Source: Eledone cirrhosa (Eukaryota). Taken from it: a stretch of 64,000 nucleotides of DNA. This document shows positions 12,601 to 26,053 of the stretch, piece after piece. Made by a program: the position numbers and the translations under genes. The first letter of the stretch is position 1. Each line of letters starts with the position of its first letter. A model generated the notes under the pieces. That model saw nothing but the letters and a program-made list of their open reading frames with translations. It did not search any database and was not told the origin of the DNA. The stretch spans positions 56,730,001 to 56,794,000 of the forward strand of contig OZ024742.1 of NCBI GenBank assembly GCA_964016885.1, read 5' to 3'.

Positions 12601-13646
12601 ATATCCAAAATTAAGATAAATTAAATGAATTTAATCCCAATCGAAATTGTGGGTGTGCCATAACGGCTTGCACCATATCGCCTGGAAATAAGCTCAAAGA
12701 TATATCCCAGCATTTTAAAATAACTAGAAATTGATTAACATATAAATATACATGAATAATCACAGGAGATAATTTTTACAAGCGTGTAACCACGCATGGT
12801 TAGTTTGGGTAATAATTAAATGTATACCTTTAAGTATGATTAACCGTCCTTGTATATATCCCATTAAAGAAATATATTTCACCAATTAATCAGATGGTAA
12901 GTCACGGAAAGTGGATATTATTGGATTGTCAACAGGGAAGAATAATGTCCAGCTATCCATGCTCATACAGCGAGTTCAAATCCTCATCTGGCCGCTACCA
13001 CGTGTTGTGTCTACACATCACAGCAGCTTCGTTTCAGTGGCGTGAATAGGTATTCGACAACTAGAAATAGCAGTCAAAATTCCCTTCAACAGAAATAGCT
13101 CTACAATTAAGGAGCCGTATATATATATATCTATATCCAAAATTAAGATAAATTAAATGAATTTAATCCAAATCGAAATTGTGGGTGTCATGCCATAACG
13201 GCTTGCACCATATCGCCTGGAAATAAGCTCAAAGATATATCCGAGCATTTTATAATAACTAGAAATTGATTAACATATAAATATACATGAATAATCACAG
13301 GAGATAATTTTTACAAGCGTGTAACCACGTATGGCTAGTTTGGGTAATAATTAAATTTATACCTGTAAGTATGATAAACAGATGAGGATTTGAACTCGCT
13401 GTGTGAGCATGGATAGCTGGACATTATTCTTCCTTGTTGACAATCCAATAATATCCACTTTCCGTGACTTACCATCTGATTAATTGGTGAAATATATTTC
13501 TTTAATGGGATATATACAAGGAAGGTTAATCATACTTAAAGGTATAAATTTAATTATTACCCAAACTAACCATGCGTGGTTACACGCTTGTAAAAATTAT
13601 CTCCTGTGATTATTCATGTATATTTATATGTTAATCAATTTCTAGT

Positions 13647-13650
<4 letters not shown>
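12601..13650. repeat. Tandem-plus-inverted repeat element (family D, ~532-bp unit)
   Basis: 12601-12842 is repeated at 13133-13378. 13380-13650 is an inverted copy of ~12718-12990. (TA)n flanks. Confidence 0.85.
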
Positions 13651-13723
<73 letters not shown>

Positions 13724-13899
13724 AATATAAACACACATACATATATTTCCATATCATACATATATGTTTATTTTCACTCATGCAATTACGGGTGGCTGTG
13801 TATCTTGTTGCCTTTAGTCATTAACGCATAAATCTAAGGAAGCTAAAACATTAAAAGTCAAAAATAAGCATGAAAGCATATAATTAGGGGAAAGAGGTA

Positions 13900-15180
13900 C
13901 TAATGAATGTTATTCTATACGTAATTATAGTGAGTTGCTATTTAGAATATTTAATTAGGTTTATAGTATTTAATTAGGTTTATAGTATTTAATTAGGTTT
14001 ATAGTATTTAAATGTTTTTCGTATACGGTGATTACAGACTATGATCAATTCTTGTCTTTTATTTAATAAATCGTCCTTAGATTTAGTAATTTCCAAGATC
14101 TCTCCTGAACATAATCCGCATTCCCTCCTGTCTCCAAGATATGGAGTTTTTCGTAGAATGGTGTTCCACGATAAATTAAAATCTATTTTTTTTCTTTTTA
14201 TAATTATTTACCGCTTCAGCTAAAGATGTGGTGCTTGCTAGTTTAGTATTGTTGAAACTACTAGAGTGCGCGTAAAATCTTTTCTTAAATGTGTTTGATG
14301 TAGATCCTATATATGTTTTGTTGGAGTCTGTAGTAGACACAGTGCATTTATATACTACATTATTAATCAAACAGTTTCCATTTAAGGGGCAAATGCTTCT
14401 ATTTCTGCAATTACAGCCATACGTAAGATGGTTTTGGGTGGTGCCTATACTATTCTCATTTATCCTTGAGCTATTCCTATTGTAATTAATGATAGCAGGA
14501 GAATGAAGGTTGCTTTGTGGGTGGTTTGGTGCTAGAGTTGTATTGTAATTTTGTGTTCTGTTGTTTTTGTGTTGGTGAATTGGGTGATTGTGTTTTCTAG
14601 GTTGAAGGATTGTATTATTTGTCTTTTTATAAGGTGCAGTCCTATTTAAATTATGTTGCGGTGGTGTAGTCACATTATTTTTAAGTTTATAAATGTTGTA
14701 GTTGCTTATTTTTTGTTTGAGATTGTTTGATGTAGAGTATGAGAATTTAACTGTATATTTATTAAATATTTGGGGGTATATGTGGTTTGGTGGAAAATGT
14801 TTATGTAGTGTTTCAAAGAATTTGTTGGGTATTTGTCCAATAGTTTGCAGGTTGAAGGATGCGTTGTACCATGTTATGTTTCTTTTGCGGTTTTTAGTTA
14901 AGCTTTTATTATCCCTTATAGTATTGTGTTGTATTCTAGAAGAGTTCATATGGTTAGTATCCTTATTTGTGGAATTTGGTAAATCATCGTGGTTGTATTT
15001 GCTGTTATTTTGGGGTAGATTATGAGATTTTGACTGCTTGGTATTCATATATGGGTTGATAACATTGGTCATAGATCGTGTAGTAATATTTGTTGTGATT
15101 TTTCGGTTGTTTGGTGTAATAGGAATAACCACTTTAGGTATTTGTTTCAATGGTATTTTTTGGTGTTTGTAGTTTTTGTT
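13900..15180 (-). mobile_element. Penelope-like element 3' part with GIY-YIG endonuclease (Neptune-like)
   Basis: RKRNITWYN..F, HFPPNH...IFNK..VKFSYS and CNCR....CPLNGNC....VVY...YIGST..FKKRF..H motifs. After a frameshift it continues with LSWNTIL...CGLC..E...LLNKRQE. Confidence 0.92.
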
Positions 15181-15233
15181 ATATATATATATATATATAT
15201 GTATGAGTATATATATATATATATATGTATGGG

Positions 15234-15264
<31 letters not shown>

Positions 15265-15269
15265 ATGGG

Positions 15270-15316
<47 letters not shown>

Positions 15317-15626
15317 TATTTGGTTGTCTAACTAAAGGCGGCGTGCCGTTCGAAGAACTCAATGCTGTTACAATGTCCGTCTCGTGTGGGTTTATTCCAG
15401 AGTTAACCCGGCAGTAGCGTGCAGAGTATAATTATATTAATTAGAATCGAAGTCAGAGTTGCATCGTATGTACAAACTTTATTGGCATATTACAAATATT
15501 TCGATATCGATCAGCTCAAGGAACAATCAAGAGGGCGGGGCTTGACTCTTTTTCGATATCTTGTCAGATATGCGAGTTTATGTGGACAAAGATCGATATC
15601 GAAACAATTTTATTATGCCAATAATA

Positions 15627-15666
<40 letters not shown>

Positions 15667-15717
15667 AGCAAGAAGTGTAAGTTAACAGGTTAAAATTAAC
15701 TTCGTTTATTTATATTC

Positions 15718-15777
15718 GCTGTTATATATATTTCGGTGATAACCATTATTCAACAGCTATTTACCTCATCTGATAGC
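15718..15777 (-). ncRNA. Hammerhead, family E (core mutated to CAGATGA)
   Basis: GCTAT-CAGATGA-GGTAAATAGCTGTT..AATGGTTATCACC-GAAA-TATATA-TA-ACAGC. Confidence 0.65.
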
Positions 15778-15890
15778 TAGAACTTGAACAGAAGAAACAG
15801 TAAAACGTAATGATGGAACAAAGTTTACTTCTGTTATTTCGATCTTTCGATATGCCCAGTCCCGAAGTATGGTGTTGTTTTCTCAAAGAA

Positions 15891-16803
15891 CTAGTGGCAA
15901 GCTCAAATTTATATATCGCGGGCCGCCAGCAGACCTAATCGTGGCAAAACTGCATCCGTGAACAATATGTAAAGAAAATAAACCGAATACTCTGATGGCT
16001 GGATAATCTTTAAGATGTTCCTCGATGGAGCAGGAAAAATGCAGGTTTTCACCTAATGCGGGCCCTAGGGGATCAAAAAAATGAATTTTTTTATGTGCAT
16101 AATATGCCTTGAAATTTCCGAAAAGTCGGCTAGACGTAACGCCTCAAAAAAGCCCTAAAAAGCTGAAAAAATGAAGTTTTTCACCTAATGCGGGCCCCAG
16201 GCCATAAAAAAAGTTGGATTTTCTTTGCTCACGGTATGAAGAAGAGACTGTCTAATACATAGTTACAATTTCAAAGAAATCAGTCTGACGTAACGCCTCA
16301 AAAAAACCCTAAAAACCTGAAAAAACGCAGTTTTTCAACTAATGTGGGTCCTAGAGGATCAAAAAGTTGAATTTTCTTATGTGCATAACACTCCCTGAAA
16401 CATAATTCATACACATGTAAAGTTTTTAAAAAGCTGGTTGGGTACTTCTCGAGTTTTACGGATTCAAACTCACAGACACACACACACACAGAGACAGACA
16501 TCCTCAGGGAAGTGACGTAATGCAGACAGTCAGATATACAGACAGATATTATAAGGGCGCGACGTTATATGTATGTATCTATCTAAAAAGAGAAAGACTA
16601 AGAATTATAGAGAGAGATCGCTAAATCGCCTAATGCGGTCCTTATGGCATTGAAAATTTGAATTTTCTTTTGCTCAGAACACTCTCTGAAACATTAGTAT
16701 TACATGTGTAAAGTTTGAAAACAGTAGGTTGGGTGGTTCTCGAGTTTTAGGGATTCAAACTCATACACACACAGACAGACATCCTCAGTTTTATATATAT
16801 AGA
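15891..16803 (-). mobile_element. Non-autonomous Helitron with internal minisatellite
   Basis: The minus strand starts A|TCTATATATATAAAACTGAGG (same start as 44062) and ends in a hairpin plus CTAG|T. A CCTAATGCGGGCCC unit recurs at ~16052, 16185, 16339 and 16630. Confidence 0.7.
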
Positions 16804-16955
16804 TATATATATATTAGTATAAGCAATGAGTTATTTAATTTTTTGGCTATTCAACAAATTTAGTTTATAACAGATTCGAAGCACTCTACAATATTCTTCT
16901 GGAGTATAATATCAATAATATTAATAAATGGAAACTATCTTTATAAAACCATATT

Positions 16956-17017
16956 TATTTTATTATATTTATTTCAAGGGTACCAACATTTTTGGCACGC
17001 TCTCATCAGATAAAATA
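16956..17017 (-). ncRNA. Type I hammerhead (B-related family) in a PLE-type 3' region ~16815-18290
   Basis: TATTTTAT-CTGATGA-GAGCGTGCCAA AAATG TTGGTACCCTT-GAAA-TAAATA-TA-ATAAAATA. Confidence 0.75.
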
Positions 17018-18427
17018 TAAAAGTTGTTTTACACATAGTGATATATTCAAAACAAGAACTTATCGTTTTAAGTTCTGTTTGAATAGTGAAAAAGGAATTT
17101 CAAATGTGAGGATGAATATGCTAATGAAGATAACGTAAAATTGAAAAAGATCGTTATATTTAGACGCTAGGTAAATTTAAATAATTATTAGGATTTTTTA
17201 TTATGGGCAGAGGAGGTAGAGGTTAATATTAGGGTGGAGGAAATCTAAGGAAAGAATATAAGAAAAAGTATATTAGAGTTAGAAATAGACTATTATTATT
17301 AATACATCTATATAAATTGTATGGAACATATTTGTGAGGATGTAGAGAAAGTGAAATAATTACATTTAATTATTAAATAATTTAATTATATATTTTGGGA
17401 GTATATATAATATAATGTGAGAATTATAAATGTGTTAAAGTGGGAATTATAAATGTGTTAAAGTGAGAGAGATATTGTATTCATATATACGATTAGGTCA
17501 ATTCTAATGGTGTGTTTTAATATTATAGAGATAATATTTATTAGTATATTTTATGAAGATTAGAGTTGTAGGTATATTTTATTTTATTATATTACAACAG
17601 GTTATTTATATAAATAATTTTGGTGAGTATATATGTTGTTTTTATTAATAGATAGATAATTTAAATATTTGTTATATGTGAAGAGTTACGATACATTTTT
17701 GTTTACATTTTCAATATATGTTTTAAGAACCAGGAAGTAGTACTATTTTATTATAGAAGATTATTTTGTACATTCAATAGTTGCATCAAGATAAATTTAC
17801 GAAATTATAAAAGAAATGTTTATGTATAGTTTAGCTGTTACTTAGAAAAAATGTGTAAGCGTGTTACATTTCAAAGGAAAAGATAACTCTAAAATTTCTT
17901 AGTTAAAATAGTTAAGTTATATTTAACGTTTATTCTAGAATTTACTTTAAAAAAATATTCTAATTATGATATATGGAAAAATGATTTTATATATGATTTT
18001 ATAGTATCATATATTTCATATTTTCTAAGATAAAAATATTTATATATGTATTTTGATACCATTCCTTATATCTATGAGTAGTTTAATGATATTAAGTATT
18101 TATATGTATCGATTTGCAATGCCTATAGAGTCTATTAGGAAGAAATTCTACAGACATCCAAAGTATATTCGAAAACATCATTAAAACCATCACAAAAAAA
18201 TACATTCAAAAATATCATTTAAAAAAACATCACAGAAACACCTAGAAAGCACAGCTAAGACATATAAAATGTAAACAGGTGAGATATAGAGGCTATAAAT
18301 AATATTTTCTATAGATTATAGATATTTCCAAAAGTCTTAGAATGACGATCTCTGCAAGAGTTAAATAATTCCTTCTTTTTGTTGTATATATATATATATA
18401 TACATTTATTATATATATTATACACAA

Positions 18428-18488
<61 letters not shown>

Positions 18489-18603
18489 GAAAACTCCTCC
18501 AACTGGCATACCGCCTATGGAAGCATCATAGCTACCACTAAACACACACACATATATATATTTATATATATATATATATATACATGGAGGATTGAACGTA
18601 TAA

Positions 18604-18646
<43 letters not shown>

Positions 18647-18828
18647 TTTATATACATGGAGGATTCAACGTATAAGTATATATCTATATATATATATTAT
18701 AAAGTGAGGTTTTTTTACAAAATGAAAAATAACCGAGGTGTCCTACACCAGTGAAAGTATAAAGAAAAAAAGATGAAATCGAAAATGCAACTGGAGTCTT
18801 ATTTTAAAAAATATATATATATTCATTT

Positions 18829-18874
18829 GGTTCCTTTACCGATTTCGCAGTTCTTCTGCTTTTCAAAAGTAGAG
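18829..18874 (-). ncRNA. Hammerhead-like motif with U3-A8 core (family H)
   Basis: CTT-TTGAAAA-GCAG AAGAA CTGC-GAAA-TCGG-TA-AAG. Same family as 35654-35699. Confidence 0.55.
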
Positions 18875-19079
18875 TTGAGATGGAGGGTCTGTGGTTTTTC
18901 TCGCATCTGGTTGGTCTTTGAATGTTACTTGTTTTATATGGAAAAAAGTGGCTTGAAACGCCAGGTTTTTAGAGAAGTAATTTGATTTGTTGGTCAATAA
19001 GTATAATAAATTTCGCGCCAGTTCGCGTTACAAAGTTATTCAAACAGGGGGGGGGGGGGGGGGGGGGGTGGGGGGCTCA

Positions 19080-19279
19080 NNNNNNNNNNNNNNNNNNNNN
19101 NNNNNNNNNNNNNNNNNNNNNNNNNNNNNNNNNNNNNNNNNNNNNNNNNNNNNNNNNNNNNNNNNNNNNNNNNNNNNNNNNNNNNNNNNNNNNNNNNNNN
19201 NNNNNNNNNNNNNNNNNNNNNNNNNNNNNNNNNNNNNNNNNNNNNNNNNNNNNNNNNNNNNNNNNNNNNNNNNNNNNNN
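19080..19279. other. Assembly gap (200 N)
   Basis: N run between poly-G and (CT)n. Confidence 1.
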
Positions 19280-19295
19280 TTTCCTGGTTTGTCCC

Positions 19296-19346
<51 letters not shown>

Positions 19347-20666
19347 TCTCTCTCTCTCTCTCAATTTCTCTATTCAGTTATTCACCTTTACAAAATTTAA
19401 TTATCTGAAAATCCAATTTCCACTTCTTCTTAACCTTTATTCTCACCACTTATTTTCGATAAGTTCATTCTAACGTTTACCTCGACTTCTTTGTCGAATT
19501 GTTATGATGCTGATTGTGCAATTTGAAATTATAGAGATCCCAGTCCTAACTATATGATTACTTTACTATTTACTATATTACTTTGTGTTTCCGTTCTCAG
19601 ATTCGGTGCGAAAATGTGCTGTAAGATTCATTGATTCTTTGTAACATTACACGATTATATTGGTGCTTCTAGTGTAACAGCATAAAGGTGAGATTCACGG
19701 GTAGATTAATCTTTTGGGGAGAAATATACGGTAAAACATCGTTGATTGAATATCCATATCCCGACATGAATTAAACAGGAAGTTATTGTATTGCGCCACT
19801 TTTAATGTGTTTTATATTCCCTGATAAAACGATAACAGACGCCATTGATTCAATGTTTCATTTCACACTGTTACGTGCTCTATTGGGATGTTACACAACG
19901 CAGTCAAATATTATCGGTTCAGTTATTTTTGTCGTTCAGTCCCAAATCAAGTTTCGTCCTGCAGACCTGTAATCAAAGACATTCTAGCCCTGAGCATCCT
20001 CCGTAATTTTTATTTTATTTCAGACTTAATATACCATGGAGTGCGATCCATGGTAACCAATGTGCGGTCACCTTTTATTTTAAGATGGTAGTATGTTATT
20101 TAACAAGAACGGTGAGAAGTGGGGCCCACAGGACTCAATAAACATTGATAGACTTCTATTATCATCTAAGTCACATCAACATGCAGAAAAATATGGTGTG
20201 ACTTGAAGAAAGATTTAGTGCAATTTTCTACAAAGTAAACAACCTACGTAGAACTCTTCTCGTTGATTCGGCTTCGATCATTATTAAGCATCAAATATGC
20301 ATTACACCTATAAACAATGTGTAACATACTCAAGGTTATGAATCATATAAAATACACGCCCGAAATATCATGCAGTGGAATGAAACCCAGATACCAAAAG
20401 TTATACTGCTTAAATTATTGACAATGTTGAAGATTTATAGGATAAAACGGTACATACAGCAATTAACTCTGGAATTGGCTCATGAGGAAGCCTGCACCAA
20501 AATAACTAGCGATGTATTGTTCCACAAAATCATGAAGTCCTAAAGTGTTCCAAAGAAATGATTGCGTTTAAGATTGCGTTTAAGACATTCTTAATTGATT
20601 TCTTCTATTTTTCGTTAAATTGCACAAGCTACTGTGGGTGTATGTGTGTGAATGTTTGTGTGTGTG

Positions 20667-20920
20667 GAGGTGTATGGTTTATTGTTTAGGGTGTTTGGCT
20701 CAAGATCGAAGGTTGCAAGTCCGATTTCCGGTAGCACCTTGTGTCCGAGAACACGTCAATTTATTTCACGTTGCTTCAGTTCTTTCAGCTTACAAAAATT
20801 AGTTGCACCTGCCTTTTCATACTCAGTATCAAGCAGCAACACCTTATGGATACACGGGGCAGACTCTTCAGTTGACCGAATCAACTTAAACACTTGTCAT
20901 CGGAACCAACAGAGGTTCAA
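20667..20920 (+). mobile_element. Degenerate tRNA-derived SINE
   Basis: Head GGAGGTGTATGGTTTATTGTTTAGGGTGTTTGGC...AGTCCGATTTCC followed by CORE-like TTGTGTCC...TTTATTTCACGTTGCT. Confidence 0.55.
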
Positions 20921-21099
20921 CCAACCACGCTCTCACTCGCACACACACGTACACACAGACAAACACACGCGCACACACACACATGAAAGAGTTAATGAAA
21001 TTAACAGATTCAGAGCTTAATAATATCAAATATGGAAAAAGCAAACAAGTTAAAAAAAAAATCTTTACTTACTCACTTTAATGCCTCTACTGCAGTTTC

Positions 21100-22942
21100 A
21101 TTAGAAATATAACGAAACTCCTAGTAGAGTGTCGCGAGAAATCCCAAATCATCATAAATATGTATAATGGAGTACTACAAGCTGCTACCAAGCAACTGTC
21201 ATGCAATAAAGCGCCTGGCAAAGATGGCATCCCAACTGTCATTTTCAAATATGTTAGTCACAAACTGGTCCGTCAGTTTCTTCTGATATTTTTGGTAATC
21301 TGCAAGGTCAATCATGTGTTTCGAAACTTCAGATATGCATCTATAATCTATATTTTCTATTACAAAGGTGAAACATCTATATGTGGCAAATCTAACGACA
21401 TCTCCCTTCTCTATATTGCTGGTAATGTACTTGCCCGTGGCATTCTCAACAGAATAATATCCAAAATTGTTAATGATATCTACCCTGAAAACTAAGATCG
21501 TTTCCGCACAGGTAGGGTACATGCTTTTCTCATTTTGCTAGGTTACAGAGACGGTTCGTGAAAAGAACCAGGAACCTTTTATAGTCTTTATCAACTTTAC
21601 CAAAGCCTTTGATACTGTCAATCGCAAAGCTCTCTGGAGAATCCTCAAAAAGCTTGACATACCTATCAATATACTGAATTATGTCATGTCTTTTCATGAA
21701 GGTATGAAAGCTTCAATTCAAATGGCGAATGTCTGAACCGTTTAGTGTCACAAACTGTTCGAAGTAGAGTTGTATCGTGGCCTCTGTTCTTTTTGCTTTT
21801 TTCTTCTCTGTAAGACTCCAATATTCATTTGGCGACTTAGATTTGAATTCTATACATCAGTTGGGTTATTCCACCAGCAGCACCTTAAGATGAAAACACT
21901 TACACGAACAAGTGTTGTTCGTGATTTACTGTTTTCTGAGGATGCTGCACTTGTTGCAACATCCCGTGAAGCGACACAAAAACCGATTAACCGCTTCTCA
22001 CTTGCCTGTATTTGGTTTAACAAGCATTAAGAATTAAGAAGACTGAGGTGGCACATCAACCAAGGCCAACCACCCCAGGCTAGTAGCTTTTGGGACAAGA
22101 ACAGCTGGAGCCCGGGTATTCCTATGTCCCCATCACTGCTGATGACAAGGATCTGAAGTTTGTGAACTCCTTTATTTACCTTTGCAGCAAGGTGCACCAC
22201 TGTGGATCCTTGGATGATGAAATCGTCAATCGCGGCTCCAAAGCAATTGAAGCCTGTGGTAAGCTACATCATTGTCGATGAGGCGTCAGAGGTATATCCC
22301 GGAACATGAAAGTTGCAATTTATCGCGCCTTGACACTGATAACACTTTTATACAGCTCGGAGTCATGGACACTTTATGAGCTTGATGTCTTCCACAAACA
22401 TTGTTTTTGCTCTACCTGTGGTTATACTCTTTCTGAAAGAATCTCCAGTATCGATCTGTTCCCAATGTGCAACATTGATGGGATTGAGTCATTTCTGATG
22501 CAATCCCAACTCAGATGGGCTAGTCATGTCCTTTGGATGGCTGAGGAGTGCACACCCTAGGTAGTTATGCAGTCAACTTTATAATGGTGCACGTAATGTA
22601 GGCAGACATTACACAATATAATTACAAACAGAAGTACAATCTTAAACCTATGAACATACCTCTTACTTCTTTTGAAGCCTTAGCTGCTGACCGTGGAAAA
22701 TTGAGAACTGCCTGACACCGGGTTATAAAGACTTGCTCATCTTCGTTATCTACGATCTTACTCCAAGATCCGATCACACTTTACACCTTGCTCCGCTGAA
22801 AATTCTGTCATCTGCACTAAATGCTGCTTGTTATGTAAATCAGCAGCTGAATTAAACGGCCATTTAAAGTACAACCATAAACAATGAACTGAGAAGACTG
22901 TTGAAACCTCATACGTCGATATACACCGAGAGAGTCCGTCAT
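21100..22942 (+). mobile_element. Degenerate RTE/BovB-type LINE (RT and C-terminus)
   Basis: KAPGKDGIP, ISLLYIAG, F.N.TKAFDTV, RDLLFSEDAAL, FIYLCS, LLYSSESWT and QLRWASHV motifs across broken frames. Confidence 0.9.
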
Positions 22943-23582
22943 ATATACATATATATGTGTGTGGGGGGGGGGGTGCGTGTGTGTGTGTGTGTGTGTGCGT
23001 GTGTGTATGCATAAAATATATCTAGATAGATATAGATATATAAATATATATATATGTAATGTATATACTCACATACAATCGATTATGATTAATTTCATAC
23101 CGAATAATCACATAGATAGGGGGTATATGGCATCAAAGATTCCAACCGTTTAGCGTGAAATCTACGTAAAATCGATCGGTTAACTGCATAAGAATTTTTC
23201 TGATTTTTATTAGGAAAGCTAGTGAATTGTATCGTAAAATTAAAAATTGATTTGATATGAATAAAGTTGAGTTTAAATTGTGCTATCTAGAAACTATTAT
23301 ATAATGATAGTAGTCAGTATTTCATGTTCACAAACAACCATTGACAAAATATCGAAATGTATTCACATTATTCTTAGCAATTAAATGGATCCAAGACGAT
23401 CTATGATAAAATTGCGGTATATATTTATAGTATTTTTAATCCTTGCGCAATAAAATTTTTGAATATGTAAATCTTCATTACAGATTTTAAAAGATGTCCC
23501 GAAAGATAGTTTTAAACCAATCAGTGAATGAAAGATCTATTGTTGTGTTAGTTATTGACTATTTATTATCCTGCTTAACCCA

Positions 23583-23751
23583 CCGTATTTCCCGGCACCG
23601 AAGACGCTTCGTCCTCGAGGACGCGCCCTAATTTTGACAACCAAAAATTTGAAAAAAACAATAAACAACCTTCGGCCTCCAGGACGCATGGTAGATTTTA
23701 GAGACTTATTTTAGGGAAAAGAAGTAGCGTCTTCGACGACGGGAAATACGG
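23583..23751. mobile_element. Pogo/Tc2-type MITE
   Basis: TIRs CCGTATTTCCCG..GAAGACGC and GCGTCTTCG..CGGGAAATACGG, followed by TA. Confidence 0.8.
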
Positions 23752-24080
23752 TAATTAACCTTTTAGTTAATTTGAGTAATTTATTTGCAAGAAAATGATT
23801 GTCTTGTTCATGTGTTTATGTAGTGGATTCAGCTGCTTTGGAGTGAATATATGCCACTTAACTGAGTGATGATCAAATACATATCTATCATAACTATTAT
23901 ACTATATATTCCAATATATTATAAACTATTATACCTATTATATATGCAAATATATTACAGTCTATGATAACGAAGGTATAGATCTGAAGGTAACCGGTGT
24001 CCAAAAGAGTCCATGTACCCACAGCCTTAGCCGTGAACTACAAGTCAACACGTTAGAATTTACTTCATTTATTCATAATC

Positions 24081-24139
24081 GCTGTTATATATATTTCGAT
24101 GATAATTGTTATGCAACAGTTATGACCTCATCGGACAGC
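24081..24139 (-). ncRNA. Hammerhead, family E (core CCGATGA)
   Basis: GCTGT-CCGATGA-GGTCATAACTGTTG CA TAACAATTATCATC-GAAA-TATATA-TA-ACAGC. Confidence 0.65.
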
Positions 24140-24627
24140 TATCAGTTGAACAGAAGAAATAAACAAAATAATATGAAGAAGAAATAAAAATTACTCCTGT
24201 TGTTTCGATTCATTCATATGTCCCGGGTTTATATTCGGTGTTGCTTTCTCAAAACACCGGTGACATATAACTTAGAAGAAATATACTCCCAGCAATACAA
24301 GGAATATAGAGGGCCTGTAGCTATTGGTCAGAGGTAGTTTCACTACTATATCATTAAAGCATTGTGAATTTCTTAGTGGCACCATGGTCTGAGATTTGAC
24401 GTCCACTTGGTCAGGAACCACGATAATCAGAGATGTTTTAGCAGGAGTTAACCTTGGAAATCAGTTGCTGTATCAGATGGATTTGTTTACAACAGCAACA
24501 ATAACAGACCAGACTTCATTTTCGATACCTTAGTTAGATAAGAGTGGCACTCGGCCCCAGTGACCGTAATAGTAGTGGCAGCGGTGATAATATAATATAA
24601 TAACCAGTCTCACCCTTATGTAGTACA

Positions 24628-24990
24628 ATAGACATTTTACGGTCGACAGGTTTACGGTCGACCCGTAGCAATAGAGACTTCTGGTGTTCTTGGCCTTAGG
24701 GCGACCTCCTTACTCGCCACCAACGGCACAGAGTTGGCTACCCGGTGGTGTGAGCCTCCGAGCTGGAATGGCTCTTCCGGCGCGTCTCCCTCACCATCCT
24801 CCGCGGAAACGCCTTCTCTATTCTGTCCACCGGGACCACGGGGCGGTCAGCGTTTGGGACCCCATTTGCTCATATTAGTGAGAGATGTGGAGAGCTGGAG
24901 CGACAAAGGCAGTGACAATGGGAGTTTGGTTCCTTTGCGTTCGGACTTGGTGTATATGTGTATATATATATTTACCACACCACATGTTAC
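24628..24990 (+). mobile_element. CRE-clade-like RLE retrotransposon 3' fragment
   Basis: Manual translation with one frameshift gives PVAIETSGVLGLRATSLL...EP/ELEWLFRRVSLTILRGNAFSIL. It is absent from the other arm of the fold-back. Confidence 0.75.
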
Positions 24991-25995
24991 AGTTCATACA
25001 CATTAGTAGAGAATTAGTGTTGACATATAGGAAATGATGAAATATAATAAAGTATAATAAAGTAAAATAAAGTAAAAGTAACGTTGAAGATAGATGACCA
25101 TTAAATAAACAAGGGATATATCACAAGTGGAAAGTAAATGGTACAAAAGTAGAAACTAAATACAGAAAAAACTAACAAAAAGGTGAATAAAAAGGAGAAT
25201 AAAATGGTGGAATGTATGAAAAGTACCAAGATTAGACTATGCCAACGTCTAATATGTATCACAGAATTGATAGCCGTTCAAAGATATAGAATATGCTAAG
25301 AAACGTATAAGATTTGTATTTGCAATATACAAATCTTATAAGTTTCTTAGCACCCACCTTTTTGTCCTTATTTGTGTTACTTTTTCTGTCTTGTGTTTCT
25401 ACTTTTGTACCATTTACTTTACACTTGTGATGTATTCCTTGTTTATTTAATGGTCATCTATCTTTTTACTTCATTCTACTTATTCTATTTTATCATTCAT
25501 ATATGTCAATACTAATTCTCAACTAATGTGTACTGTACTACATACTAGCGAGACTGGTTATTGCCACTACTACTACTACGGTCACTGGGGCCGAGTGCCA
25601 CTCCTATTTAACTTAGGTATCGTCAATGCAGCCTGGTCTGTTATTGTTGCTGCTGTAAACAAATCCATCTGATACAGCAACTGATTTCTAAGGTTAGCAC
25701 CAACTACTACAGTATCTCTGAATGACCTGATTCCTGAATAAATGGACGGAAAATCTCAGACCATGGCGCCACTAAGGAATTCACAAATTCTTGATGATAT
25801 GGTAGTGAAACTACCTCTGACCAATAGCTGAAGGCGCTCTATATCCCTTGTGTTGATGCTGAGAGGGATTTTAATTTAAGTCATATGTCACGGGTGCTTT
25901 GACAAAGCAACACCAAATTTCAGCGTGATATATCAATGAATCGAAACAATAGGAGTTATCATTTTTTTTATATGGAGTTTTCTATTCAACTTTTA

Positions 25996-26053
25996 GCTGC
26001 CTGATGAGGTAAAACTGTTGCATAACAGTTATCATCGAAATATATGTAACAGC
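25996..26053 (+). ncRNA. Type I hammerhead, family E
   Basis: GCTGC-CTGATGA-GGTAAAACTGTTG CA TAACAGTTATCATC-GAAA-TATATG-TA-ACAGC. Confidence 0.75.

Noticed and set aside
18982-19473. ORFs spanning the gap
   Set aside because: Artefact of N, poly-G and (CT)n.
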